A stretch of DNA of 64,000 bases, taken from positions 13,727-77,726 of the IMG/VR virus record IMGVR_UViG_3300006919_000043; one strand, given 5' to 3'. The translations under genes were made by a program, and so were the position numbers. Below are positions 8,406 through 17,788 of the stretch, one piece after another (position 1 is the first letter of the stretch; each line of letters opens with the position of its first letter). Source of the DNA: a virus. Under the pieces are notes generated by a model. That model was not told where the DNA came from. It made no database searches and saw only the letters and a program-made list of their open reading frames with translations.

Positions 8406-10733
8406 TTGATTGTCACAACATACGATACCGAAGATCAAGATTGTCCTTCAATCCACATTCGTTTCCGCAACCAAGACGGAAAGGTGATGGAGAAGGTTGT
8501 GGATAAATACTATCCATACTTCTCCATTTCAGCCGACAGTGATATGGCACATATCACCCAACTCTTTGACGAAAGGTGTCATGGTTGGTATGTTGGTGCT
8601 GTTGAGGCAAACTCACTGCCCACGAAGGAATACCCCGAAGGGAGGAAATTGATACAGGTGGTTGCACCCGACTTGAAGGCACTGAAACAGATGCGAGATG
8701 TTTGTGATGAAACATGGGAGGCAGACATTGGTTATGCCGACCGGTATTTGATAGATGAGATCGCACCCGAAGATTTCCCCGACTGGTTTCCGAACATGGT
8801 TCGTGCCGGTGGCCTTGACTTAGAATGGAATAAAGACGGTGAGATTACTGCTATGGGTTTCACCACAGATGGTGTGGTTGTAAAGCAGTGGGCGTGGCAT
8901 CCAACTATGCCCGAAGTCGGTCTTATGCGATTTTCGCCAACCGATGATGTAGCCAGCGTGTTCTCTAATGAAAGGGATATGCTGGTTTCTTTTGCCAACG
9001 CATTTCAAGAATTAGACCCCGACCTAATTACAACATGGTCGGGGAACCGTGCCGATTGGCCTAAGATATACGAAAGATACAAACACCATGACATCGGTTT
9101 AGATTGGATTTCGCCGTTGGCTGGGGTCAGTGCTTCGCCACCAATGATGCACTTGCCGAGAGATGGTCGCTACAATGATGGTAGCCAAATCATACTCGGT
9201 CGCATGGTTTTAGACTTAGCGGATCGAAATCATGGTTTTGAGCGTGTATGGAAAGACAGTGGCAACGGCCAATTATCCGACAGGCGTTTAGGTGCTGTTG
9301 GTAAAGTGGCGTTCCCTAATAATCCCGAATTGTGGAAAATAGATACGGGTGGTTTTACGCATCACGAATTGTGGCTTGACCACTTTGCTCACTTTTTGAA
9401 GTATCACCGTGCCGATGTTTTACTAACAGACAAATTGGATAGAGAGTATCATGTAGCACGCTTCTTCATGGCATTACAACGAGTATGTGGCGTTTCTTTC
9501 TCATCAGTATTTACTGTCAGCAAATTCGCAAGAGGACTATTGCGAAGGCGTGCCACATGGGCGGCACCCACTGGAACATACAAGAAGGGCGTTGGTGATT
9601 CATACGGTGGTGGCTTTGTTCCGCACCCAAAGACTGGGCGTTTCTATGATGTAGCCTGTTTCGATTTCCGAGCCATGTATGCTGAAATACAACGTGGTAA
9701 CAACATCAGCCCCGAAACCATACGCTTTGGCACAGGAGATGGAATCCGTGAATTGGGTAATGGCACTTATTGGTATCAAGATGAGCGTGGGGTATTGCCC
9801 CAACTGCAAATGGATCTTGCCGATGCGAGGAATGCCGCCAAAGCGGAGATGAAAAAACATGCACCGGAATCATCCGAGTATGCCGGTTTCAACACACTAC
9901 AATTGGCCTTCAAGCGTGCCGCGGCGAGCGTATATGGCCTAATGGGTCATACTGGGCACGGTGAGTCGCACAAGACTGTTGCCTCAACAATTACCTATGT
10001 GGGTCGCCAATTGACATCACGCTTGATGGAGATATGCGAGGACATGGGTTTTGAGCCATTGGCTGGACATACCGACAGCGCATACATACAAATTGGCGAT
10101 AACGATGGTGAGAATATCGCTGATGCTTTGACACAAACCATACAGAAGGAGTTTGACTCCGATAGGTTTGTTGTCGAGTATGAGAAGCACATGAGGGCGT
10201 GGGTAGCGGCTAAGAAGAATAGAAACTTTGGCTGGGTTACTTGGCCGAAAGAAGGACTACACTGCACAGGCTTTGAGATGAAAAAGTCAAATGCGGCACA
10301 GATAACAAAAACAATACAAGAAAATTCCTTTGAGGCTATGTGTAAAGACAATGCCGATGAGTCATACATACAAGGGCTGGTCAATGATGCAATCGCTGAT
10401 GTCCGAAATATGAACCGCAAGGATCTTGTTATGCGCTCTCGCTTAGGTGCGAAAGCCGAATCATATTCACAAAACGGTGGTTTTCAAGGTGCCGCTAAGA
10501 AATACAACCGCTTGAACCCCAACAATCGCTTCGACAAAGGCGATGGTGTTCCTCATGTATATACCACAAAGGGCATTGAAGCGTTCAAGACCGACGAAGA
10601 ATTAAGCAAATTAGACATAGATTTCACCACAGTGATAGAAAAGCAAATTATAGCACCCGTTTCCCTTATCTTTGAGGCGATGGGTTGGCGTTTGCCGTCA
10701 GCCGATGGTGCTAAACCACAGGAGTGGTGGTAA
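8406..10733 (+). CDS. polB: Family B DNA polymerase with 3'-5' exonuclease
   Basis: Exo I DLE, Exo II WSGNRAD, Exo III YHRAD; Pol motifs DFRAMY..NISPET, KRAAASVYG, AGHTDS, KKNR, GFEMKK. TTG start. Confidence 0.95.
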   Translation: MIVTTYDTEDQDCPSIHIRFRNQDGKVMEKVVDKYYPYFSISADSDMAHITQLFDERCHGWYVGAVEANSLPTKEYPEGRKLIQVVAPDLKALKQMRDVCDETWEADIGYADRYLIDEIAPEDFPDWFPNMVRAGGLDLEWNKDGEITAMGFTTDGVVVKQWAWHPTMPEVGLMRFSPTDDVASVFSNERDMLVSFANAFQELDPDLITTWSGNRADWPKIYERYKHHDIGLDWISPLAGVSASPPMMHLPRDGRYNDGSQIILGRMVLDLADRNHGFERVWKDSGNGQLSDRRLGAVGKVAFPNNPELWKIDTGGFTHHELWLDHFAHFLKYHRADVLLTDKLDREYHVARFFMALQRVCGVSFSSVFTVSKFARGLLRRRATWAAPTGTYKKGVGDSYGGGFVPHPKTGRFYDVACFDFRAMYAEIQRGNNISPETIRFGTGDGIRELGNGTYWYQDERGVLPQLQMDLADARNAAKAEMKKHAPESSEYAGFNTLQLAFKRAAASVYGLMGHTGHGESHKTVASTITYVGRQLTSRLMEICEDMGFEPLAGHTDSAYIQIGDNDGENIADALTQTIQKEFDSDRFVVEYEKHMRAWVAAKKNRNFGWVTWPKEGLHCTGFEMKKSNAAQITKTIQENSFEAMCKDNADESYIQGLVNDAIADVRNMNRKDLVMRSRLGAKAESYSQNGGFQGAAKKYNRLNPNNRFDKGDGVPHVYTTKGIEAFKTDEELSKLDIDFTTVIEKQIIAPVSLIFEAMGWRLPSADGAKPQEWW

Positions 10734-10734
10734 G

Positions 10735-11682
10735 ATGATAACATATAGAGAACCCCGACCATATCCCGTGCCCGACCATGACGATTTATTCTCATGTTAC
10801 AACTGGCACCCCGATATGCCGGACAATGTTATTCTCCGTGCGAGTAAATCATCGGTGGGTGACTTTACCTTCTGTAAGCAACAATACGCAATCAGCAGGG
10901 TTCTCGGCATGAAAGAGCCACAGAATGAGAACATGCTACGAGGAACAAATGTCCACGATAGTGTCGAATTGTTTTACCAGCGTGTTGATGTTGACAAGGC
11001 AAGTGAAGAACACGACCTTGAAAGATACTTTCGTGATTGTATTCCACATTCCAGTGAGATACGCTCGGCTCAAGATAATTTCTTCTTAGAAGAGGACTTA
11101 CACATTGACAGATTCTTAGAGAAAGAGATTCAGCGTTTTAACGCAAGCGACCCACAACACTTCTTACCAACTGGCAACGAATTGGTAATTAACCATGTTC
11201 ATGAAATAGAAGTGGATGGTATATCACAAAGGGTGCATTTCACCGGTATCATAGATAGGATATTTACCAACCCCGATGGGTCATTACACATACACGAATT
11301 GAAAACTGGTGCATGGAAAGATAGCGCAAGTAAATTTAGAAACATGAGAAAGGAAATGGCTTTCTATGTATGGTTGCTAAGAAAGTCCGACCCAACCAAT
11401 GCAATCACACACTGGGGTTGGGATCACACTAAAGGTGTCAAGAATACCGACACCTTTGACGCTGAAATGTTCCGTTATGTTGAGGCTGTCCGTGCAAAAG
11501 AGATAGGCGAAATGCTGGGCGACATACAGAATCTAATCCGCACGCACAGGAAATACAAAGGTGATGATGATATTAGCATGTTCCCCTTGTTACCATCGGG
11601 TGCCCAATATATGATATGCGATCCGTGGTGTGGCTTGAAAGAATTTTGCCCACGCTACCACCAACACATAGGAGATGAGTAA
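10735..11682 (+). CDS. Cas4/AddB-like PD-(D/E)xK exonuclease with probable Fe-S cluster
   Basis: SKSSV...FC, GTNVH, GIIDRI, HELKTG and C-terminal CDPWCGLKEFCP (1+3 Cys). Confidence 0.85.
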   Translation: MITYREPRPYPVPDHDDLFSCYNWHPDMPDNVILRASKSSVGDFTFCKQQYAISRVLGMKEPQNENMLRGTNVHDSVELFYQRVDVDKASEEHDLERYFRDCIPHSSEIRSAQDNFFLEEDLHIDRFLEKEIQRFNASDPQHFLPTGNELVINHVHEIEVDGISQRVHFTGIIDRIFTNPDGSLHIHELKTGAWKDSASKFRNMRKEMAFYVWLLRKSDPTNAITHWGWDHTKGVKNTDTFDAEMFRYVEAVRAKEIGEMLGDIQNLIRTHRKYKGDDDISMFPLLPSGAQYMICDPWCGLKEFCPRYHQHIGDE

Positions 11683-12895
11683 TATGACACGAAACACGGA
11701 CAAGGACTTCGGACATGGCAAGCATATTGACATTATGGTTGGCGATTGTGTTGAAAGCATGAAATCACTACCGGATAAGAGTGTGCAAACTTGTATCACC
11801 AGCCCACCATACTGGGGGTTGCGTGATTACGGTCATGAAAAACAGTTAGGTATGGAAAAGACACCCGAAGAATTTGTGGCTAATATGGTCGAAGTGTTCC
11901 GTGAAGTGAGGCGTGTCTTGCGTGATGATGGCACGCTATGGCTCAATCTTGGAGATAGTTATGCCAGTGGTAAAGCAAGATATTCCACGAAAGAGCAATC
12001 ATTTCTTGGTGGTAAAAGAAATGACGCTAAGTTAGGGGCACTGCAAGACGGTAAGCGTGCTTGTGTTAAACATCACGATTACTTGAAGGATAAAGATCTT
12101 GTTGGCATACCGTGGCTTGTGGCGTTTGCATTACAGCGTGATGGCTGGTGGCTAAGACAAGATATAATTTGGCATAAGCCAAACCCAATGCCCGAATCGG
12201 TAAAGGATAGATGCACTAAATCTCACGAATACATTTTCTTGTTGACCAAATCGCCAACATACTACTATGATGATGAAGCGGTCAAAATTCCAGTCAATGA
12301 CCCAAGCCGAAAAAACTACCAAAGTGGTGCGAGGACTAACGGTTTCAATTTAGATAGGAATGATAATGACATGGCCGAGCGCATGAAAGGCGTAATCTTC
12401 GACAAAAAGAAAAAGCGTTCTGTATGGTCGGTAAAAGTAAAACCATTCAAGGAGGCGCACTTTGCCACTTATCCCCCCGAATTGATTGAGCCGTGTATAT
12501 TGGCATCAACATCGGAACACGGGTGTTGCGCTGAATGCGGTGCCCCTTATGTTAGAGAAATAAAAACCACTTACCCTAAGATGAGAGGTATAGAAGCAAG
12601 AGATGTGCCGGGTCAAAACAAGCATGGCTCATTTGGTGCCACAAGGTTTGACGACCCAATAGTAACCGAAACTACGGGTTGGAAACCATCGTGCGATTGT
12701 AATGCTGAAATATCAAGATGCACCGTATTAGATCCGTTTGGTGGTTCGGGAACCACTGGGGCGGTTGCGCTAAAGCATGGGAGAAAAGCAATACTGTGTG
12801 AGTTAAACGAAGAATATGCAAAGATAATACCAAAGAGGATAGAATCTATCACTGGTTTGTCGGCAACACAAAAGACATTCGATGATTGGTGGTGA
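11675..12895 (+). CDS. Beta-class N4-C/N6-A DNA methyltransferase
   Basis: TSPPY, HFATYP, LDPFGGSGTT; Cys-rich insert (CCAECG...CDC); C-terminal PIP-like QKTFDDWW. Confidence 0.93.
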   Translation: MSNMTRNTDKDFGHGKHIDIMVGDCVESMKSLPDKSVQTCITSPPYWGLRDYGHEKQLGMEKTPEEFVANMVEVFREVRRVLRDDGTLWLNLGDSYASGKARYSTKEQSFLGGKRNDAKLGALQDGKRACVKHHDYLKDKDLVGIPWLVAFALQRDGWWLRQDIIWHKPNPMPESVKDRCTKSHEYIFLLTKSPTYYYDDEAVKIPVNDPSRKNYQSGARTNGFNLDRNDNDMAERMKGVIFDKKKKRSVWSVKVKPFKEAHFATYPPELIEPCILASTSEHGCCAECGAPYVREIKTTYPKMRGIEARDVPGQNKHGSFGATRFDDPIVTETTGWKPSCDCNAEISRCTVLDPFGGSGTTGAVALKHGRKAILCELNEEYAKIIPKRIESITGLSATQKTFDDWW

Positions 12896-12899
12896 TACA

Positions 12900-13136
12900 A
12901 TGACAATGAGTGACCATCAAGACAGTGAGCATTTTGCCGGTGTGCGAAATGAAGATGCTATTCTTAAAATGCTGGACAAGGCCGAGCGCAAGCAAAATAT
13001 ACACTACACTAAAATGCAAGACGGGAGAAGATCCGAGCGCATTTTTCACATGAGAAACTACAAAGCGTTGGAGGGTGTGGTCAAAGCCCTGCGATGGACA
13101 TTAGGTGATAAAGAAATAGACCATCCGTTGGAGTGA
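12900..13136 (+). CDS. Hypothetical protein
   Basis: GGTGA RBS before ATG 12900; coupled to the primase start. Confidence 0.7.
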   Translation: MTMSDHQDSEHFAGVRNEDAILKMLDKAERKQNIHYTKMQDGRRSERIFHMRNYKALEGVVKALRWTLGDKEIDHPLE

Positions 13137-14206
13137 ATGAAATGGCGCACATGTTTAGACACTTTCCCCGTGAGATAGACATGCGTAAGCGTAAGGTGGT
13201 TCATTCAATGGATGAATTACAGCACTATGTTACAGCAACAAACGGTGCTGACAATCTAACCACTACTGTGTATGGCTTTAGACAATTGAAGCCGAATGGT
13301 CATAGAGGGGAATACAACACTGCTGTGATACCACACTTTGTCATGGACTTTGACTATGAACGGGCACTGAATGAAAATACATCAGCGAAGCAAGCAGGTG
13401 AAGAGTGTTTCAAGCAAGTCTATGCTTTGCATCAGCATCTTGTGTCAAACGACTGGCGACATGCTATGTTCTTCACTGGGGGCGGTGTCCACATTTGGGT
13501 TAGCCTTGACAAGACATACGAGCCTACACCGGCTGAATTGGGCGACTTCTTATTCAGTGGGCGTAAATTGATTGAGAAGTGGGTCAAGACATGGGATTTG
13601 ACCACGCTTGACCCTGTTGTTTCTTTCCGACCCGACCGGCACATTCGTATTCCAAACACATACAATTTCAAGCGTGGGCTTTGGGGTATGCCTCTTTCGA
13701 CACAAGACATAGAGCAGGGCTGGGAGTATGTATTGAAGAAGGCTCAAGAACCACATGGTGGTATGACCATGTATGGCAAACATGGCATGGCTATGAAAGT
13801 CAAGAAGCGTGATCCTAACCAGCCATTTGCGGCTGAAAAGATTGATGTGAACATGAAGCGTATTGGTAAAATGACAGTGTTACCCTGTTTGGCATCAGCC
13901 GCATGTGAGAAAGGTAGTAACCCCACCCATGAAGCAAGGGTGTATTTGGTTCAGTATCTTCAAGACAGACTACGCTCATTTGCACGCCCTCCTTCTTCGT
14001 CACCAATTACCAAGTCAAGTATCAAGAATACAATCGCATCTTTCATAGCCGACTTACAATGGTCGGACTACAATGAGGAAACTACACGGGGCTACATCGA
14101 ACACAGCGTCAACAGGGCATACATCACACCCTCTTGTCGCACCCTCTATGAGAAGGGGTATTGTATAGGGAGATGTCCGTTTTACGACAGGAGTGGTGGA
14201 CAGTGA
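13133..14206 (+). CDS. Archaeo-eukaryotic primase, fused PriS catalytic domain + PriL Fe-S domain
   Basis: DFD, FTGGGVHIW, RHIRIPNTYN; C-terminal LPCL...THEARVYLVQYL...PSC..L...GYC...C. Confidence 0.88.
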   Translation: MNEMAHMFRHFPREIDMRKRKVVHSMDELQHYVTATNGADNLTTTVYGFRQLKPNGHRGEYNTAVIPHFVMDFDYERALNENTSAKQAGEECFKQVYALHQHLVSNDWRHAMFFTGGGVHIWVSLDKTYEPTPAELGDFLFSGRKLIEKWVKTWDLTTLDPVVSFRPDRHIRIPNTYNFKRGLWGMPLSTQDIEQGWEYVLKKAQEPHGGMTMYGKHGMAMKVKKRDPNQPFAAEKIDVNMKRIGKMTVLPCLASAACEKGSNPTHEARVYLVQYLQDRLRSFARPPSSSPITKSSIKNTIASFIADLQWSDYNEETTRGYIEHSVNRAYITPSCRTLYEKGYCIGRCPFYDRSGGQ

Positions 14207-14270
14207 ATTTTTCAATTGGAAATTTGATTTTTCAATTGGGAAATTCAATATCAATTTCCAATTGGATAAT
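14205..14270. repeat. Three AT-rich quasi-palindromic ~20-bp repeats with a CAATTG core
   Basis: AATTTTTCAATTGGAAATT / ATTTTTCAATTGGGAAATT / AATTTCCAATTGGA in an intergenic gap. Confidence 0.75.
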
Positions 14271-14288
14271 GAAAAAAAGGTGAAAAAT

Positions 14289-14411
14289 ATGGCGAGATTA
14301 ACAGCAAGATTTTGTGTGAAGAAGGACTGTAATAAAATAGCATTAAGCGGATTCCGTAAGTGCGGTGATTGTATGTTTGGGAGAACCAAAAAGGTCGGTG
14401 AAGAAGAATGA
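14289..14411 (+). CDS. Small Zn-finger protein (C-x4-C...C-x2-C)
   Basis: AGGTGA RBS before ATG 14289; CVKKDC...CGDC. Confidence 0.6.
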   Translation: MARLTARFCVKKDCNKIALSGFRKCGDCMFGRTKKVGEEE

Positions 14412-14728
14412 GTGAAGATATAGAGAAGATCCGTGCTGAAAAGATAGCGGCACTACAAGCAAAGATGAAGAAGGCTGATGAAGAAAACGAAGAAATAACC
14501 GCCATGAAGCAAGAATTTACATGGTCGGATTTCGGATATGAAGAACCACCATTCGGTTTCCGTGAAAGCGAAGAAATGGCGGGTGCATTCGATATTTGCC
14601 AAGAGCGTCAATCCGTTGCCATAACTGGCGACCCAAGATTCGCTATGCTTGTTACGGACTTACTGAACAGGGCTAAGAAAGAAGAACTCATCGTTAACCA
14701 CAAAGCAGGGGAGATAAAGGATGAGTAA
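14408..14728 (+). CDS. Hypothetical protein
   Basis: Coupled ORF with GGTGA RBS. Confidence 0.7.
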   Translation: MSEDIEKIRAEKIAALQAKMKKADEENEEITAMKQEFTWSDFGYEEPPFGFRESEEMAGAFDICQERQSVAITGDPRFAMLVTDLLNRAKKEELIVNHKAGEIKDE

Positions 14729-15425
14729 GATACTATACATTGACAACCGTGAAAGGTCGGGTCTTGAACAGGCAGTGAAAGATAAGGCCGACAAAGCCGG
14801 TATCAAGTGGGAAGTAAATCAAAATCTTATCACTGATTACTCATACGGGCAAATTGGCATTGAGGCCAAAAGCATAGATGATTATTTTTCCTCACTACAA
14901 GGCGGGCACCTTGCCAGTCAATTAGCGAGCATGGATGAAAACTACAACCACATGATACTGGTCATTCACGGTAAGTTAGACGCTTACATATCCCGTTTGA
15001 AGAAGCGTGGTAATAGAACACCATACGCACGCATACAGGCTCAATTTGTGGGTTCGCTTGCGAGGCTTGATGTGGACTATGATATGACCATCATGCACTT
15101 TCCTACGCCCTCCACAGCCGCCTATTGGATTGTTCAGCGTTGTGCTAAAGACGGCACACTGGGTAGTATATCCACATACAGAACAATGAGGCGAACATCA
15201 AGCGAGGATATACGCATTGATGGGCTAAGGGCACTTGGTTGTAGCGAAGCGATAGCGAAGCGGTTGCTCAAGGAGTTTGGTTCAATCACCGAGATCGCTG
15301 GTGCTAATGCAAAGGAATTGATGGCTCTTGAAGGCATAGGAAAAATCCGTGCTAAGGCAATTGTAAATGCTCTAAATAGTGAGTCGGCTGTGTCAAAAGA
15401 GAAGGTAAAAATCACCAACGCCTAA
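14721..15425 (+). CDS. ERCC4/XPF (Hef-like) structure-specific nuclease with HhH domains
   Basis: IDNRE, DY, IEAKSIDDY..S...G.L..Q; tandem HhH (GCSEAIAKRLL; GIGKIRA). Confidence 0.9.
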   Translation: MSKILYIDNRERSGLEQAVKDKADKAGIKWEVNQNLITDYSYGQIGIEAKSIDDYFSSLQGGHLASQLASMDENYNHMILVIHGKLDAYISRLKKRGNRTPYARIQAQFVGSLARLDVDYDMTIMHFPTPSTAAYWIVQRCAKDGTLGSISTYRTMRRTSSEDIRIDGLRALGCSEAIAKRLLKEFGSITEIAGANAKELMALEGIGKIRAKAIVNALNSESAVSKEKVKITNA

Positions 15426-15440
15426 GCGTTGATATATGAG
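15426..15440 (+). promoter_or_regulatory. TATA-like element upstream of the helicase
   Basis: GCGTTGATATATG in an intergenic gap, about 40 nt before ATG 15476. Confidence 0.35.
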
Positions 15441-15475
15441 AGGCAAATAGGGCAAAGTCCAACGGAGGTAGTGAG

Positions 15476-17014
15476 ATGGGAATATCAGTTAATAGTGACA
15501 TGAATGATATAATGGCGCAACAAAGACAGTGGGATGATTACCAAGTCGTAGCAAGTGAAAACGAAGGTTCAAGGTTTATTCGTGGATATATTGAGCGTTT
15601 CAATACTGTATCGTTTTTCAACGAATACGCTGGCCTGTTGTCCTTCTTTTTCGTCATGGGTCAATTGTGTGCCCCATACATGAGAATACCCATACACGGC
15701 ACTTTCATTGATTGCAGGGTGCATATTTATTGGATTCAACAATCAAGGACTGGTAAATCAATTGCATGGGAATTTACGGACAGGTTGTTAGATGCTTGCG
15801 GTATTGAGAGCGATACTTTCACCGCAGGTTCGGATGCTAAACTCATAGGAACAGTCCAGCAAACACCCGTTGTTGATGAGAATGGTCGCCCAACGGGTGA
15901 AGTCAATCACATCACTGTGCCGGGTTTGCTGAACGGCTACAAGACACTACTGTTCGATGAGGCTTCTATATTGTTAAATGACTCAAAAGCGCACTTTTCC
16001 GATAAGATCCTTTACCTTCAACAAGCGATGGCACCTTTAGGTTCACGAACCAATGTATTGGTTAAGCACCTTGTTGGTGGCGATGTGAGAACACCATCGG
16101 GTGTTTCACTGTGGATGACAACATTCCCGCCAAAAGACATCATGGCACATGTGCTGGACAAAGGTTTCTTTCAGCGTGTATTCTTATTCCAAAACGACAT
16201 ATCCAGTGAACAGCGACAAACCACCAGCGAACACCGTGTGGGTGGTGCTTATGTCCGTGTGCGTGAGGAAATCATGGACTACGGCAATTTGGCTGAATAT
16301 CTTACAGCGTGTGTCAATGATGTAAGAGAACGCCTGTTTGATGCTATGGGTCTTTCGTGGCAAACTGTGGAGATTAGAAACGAAGAAGGCGAGTTAGAAG
16401 AACGCCGTATAAGCCGTGAAGATGTGTGGGCACAGATGGAAGATGGTGAGCGTGAGCAAGCCGCTATGAGGCACGCACACGACATATTCACCGTATCATC
16501 GGGCTACCACCCAGCGATACTCAACGCTGTTGACGATTACTATGGCTTGGTCAACAACATAGCCAGTGAGAATGTCCGTGAAACAGCACTGTCATTCTTG
16601 CCTAACATAGAAAACTATACTATGATTTTCTCCAACTTGATTGCGGTTCTCATGCGTTCACCACAAATAACTGAAGATCATGTGATGATGGCGAGCGAGA
16701 TAATCTTCGATAACTTACACAATCTAACTATTTGGCTTGAACAAAAAGAATCGGCTAAGGATAGAAAGAAGGTTAGTGCCGAGCGTGCGTCATGGATGGC
16801 CGCATTCCGCCAGTGTCAAAAGTATGTCAATGAGGCTGATGGTATCGAGAGAGTCATGCAATCCGATCTTCTCAAGGTGTATGCGGCACAACAATCGGTT
16901 GCCGATATAACAGCACAGCGAAGATACAACGCACTGCGTAAAGGTGGGCAGGTTGAGGTTGTCAAGCAAGGAAAAGGCGGTCGCAATTATGTATCTTTCA
17001 AGTGGGGGAATTGA
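15476..17014 (+). CDS. MCM-like AAA+ replicative helicase
   Basis: Walker A QQSRTGKS, GSDAKLIG, PGLL, Walker B LLFDEAS, FFQR Arg finger, C-terminal wHTH-like region. Confidence 0.7.
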   Translation: MGISVNSDMNDIMAQQRQWDDYQVVASENEGSRFIRGYIERFNTVSFFNEYAGLLSFFFVMGQLCAPYMRIPIHGTFIDCRVHIYWIQQSRTGKSIAWEFTDRLLDACGIESDTFTAGSDAKLIGTVQQTPVVDENGRPTGEVNHITVPGLLNGYKTLLFDEASILLNDSKAHFSDKILYLQQAMAPLGSRTNVLVKHLVGGDVRTPSGVSLWMTTFPPKDIMAHVLDKGFFQRVFLFQNDISSEQRQTTSEHRVGGAYVRVREEIMDYGNLAEYLTACVNDVRERLFDAMGLSWQTVEIRNEEGELEERRISREDVWAQMEDGEREQAAMRHAHDIFTVSSGYHPAILNAVDDYYGLVNNIASENVRETALSFLPNIENYTMIFSNLIAVLMRSPQITEDHVMMASEIIFDNLHNLTIWLEQKESAKDRKKVSAERASWMAAFRQCQKYVNEADGIERVMQSDLLKVYAAQQSVADITAQRRYNALRKGGQVEVVKQGKGGRNYVSFKWGN

Positions 17015-17015
17015 T

Positions 17016-17561
17016 ATGAAAGGAATGGCTGTATTGTATGATTTTGAATTTGAAGATGGCTACCGTAAAGATGCCGATATTTGGCTCATCGCCACATGGG
17101 ATGGCAACAAAGCGGTTGTTTATACCGATGCGTCTATGAGCGAAAAGATCCTAAAGGCTGAATTAAAAGACTTATCGGAATGGGATATTAATGATGATGA
17201 ATATGTTGGTCACAATTTGCATAGCCTGTTTGACGGCAAGGCATTTGATATTCTCAAAGCAACCAAACAGGCCAGTGCGCCTGTGCTTCAAAATGAAGGT
17301 AAGCGTTTTCAATTATATGATTTAGCAAGGTGGAACGGTGTGCGTGGCATACCCATTGAGTTTGTTACACGAATGAGGAAAGCAACCGCATGGTTTAGAG
17401 GCCAGCACATAAAGTCGGCAAGATGGGCAATCGAAGATGCCATAATGTGTCATGACCTGTTCAATAAAGTGAAAAGGAAAGGACATGTTAGATTTCTTGA
17501 CGCAAAGACCGGCAAACGGCCTTCGGCCAGTGTTTCGTGGTCAATTGCAGAAGAGGAATAG
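17016..17561 (+). CDS. RNase H-fold DEDD-like exonuclease homolog (divergent)
   Basis: YDFE...YVGHNL..FD...EDAIMCHDLF. Confidence 0.55.
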   Translation: MKGMAVLYDFEFEDGYRKDADIWLIATWDGNKAVVYTDASMSEKILKAELKDLSEWDINDDEYVGHNLHSLFDGKAFDILKATKQASAPVLQNEGKRFQLYDLARWNGVRGIPIEFVTRMRKATAWFRGQHIKSARWAIEDAIMCHDLFNKVKRKGHVRFLDAKTGKRPSASVSWSIAEEE

Positions 17562-17563
17562 GA

Positions 17564-17788
17564 ATGCCTTACCAATGGTGGGAATGTGGCACCAAGAAGT
17601 GCGACAAGAAAAAAAAATGGTCAATTGCTAAAAGGCCGGGATGCCGAAACTGTGGTCGAAAAAAGAATATGGAGATAATGGAACCTCAACCTCCACCACC
17701 GAAAGACTTTTTCAAGCAAGACCGTATAGAGGCCGCAGATCGTGTGTTAAAGGGCTGGATTGATACCTTCAAGGGTCGCTCAAAATAG
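17564..17788 (+). CDS. Small Zn-ribbon protein
   Basis: ECGTKKC...CRNCG; last gene of the + arm. Confidence 0.6.
   Translation: MPYQWWECGTKKCDKKKKWSIAKRPGCRNCGRKKNMEIMEPQPPPPKDFFKQDRIEAADRVLKGWIDTFKGRSK

Noticed and set aside
8406-10733. Inactivated PolB or intein-containing PolB
   Set aside because: Catalytic Asp residues and exonuclease motifs are retained; the length is normal and there are no intein termini.
10735-11682. CRISPR-Cas adaptation module
   Set aside because: No cas1, cas2 or array; solo Cas4-like nucleases are common in viral replication modules.
14205-14270. Possible mini-CRISPR array
   Set aside because: Repeats are about 20 bp and nearly abutting, with no unique spacers.
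14193-14288. N-terminal extension of the Zn-finger ORF (MVDSEFFNWKFDF...)
   Set aside because: It merely translates the AT-rich repeat; a strong AGGTGA RBS supports ATG 14289.
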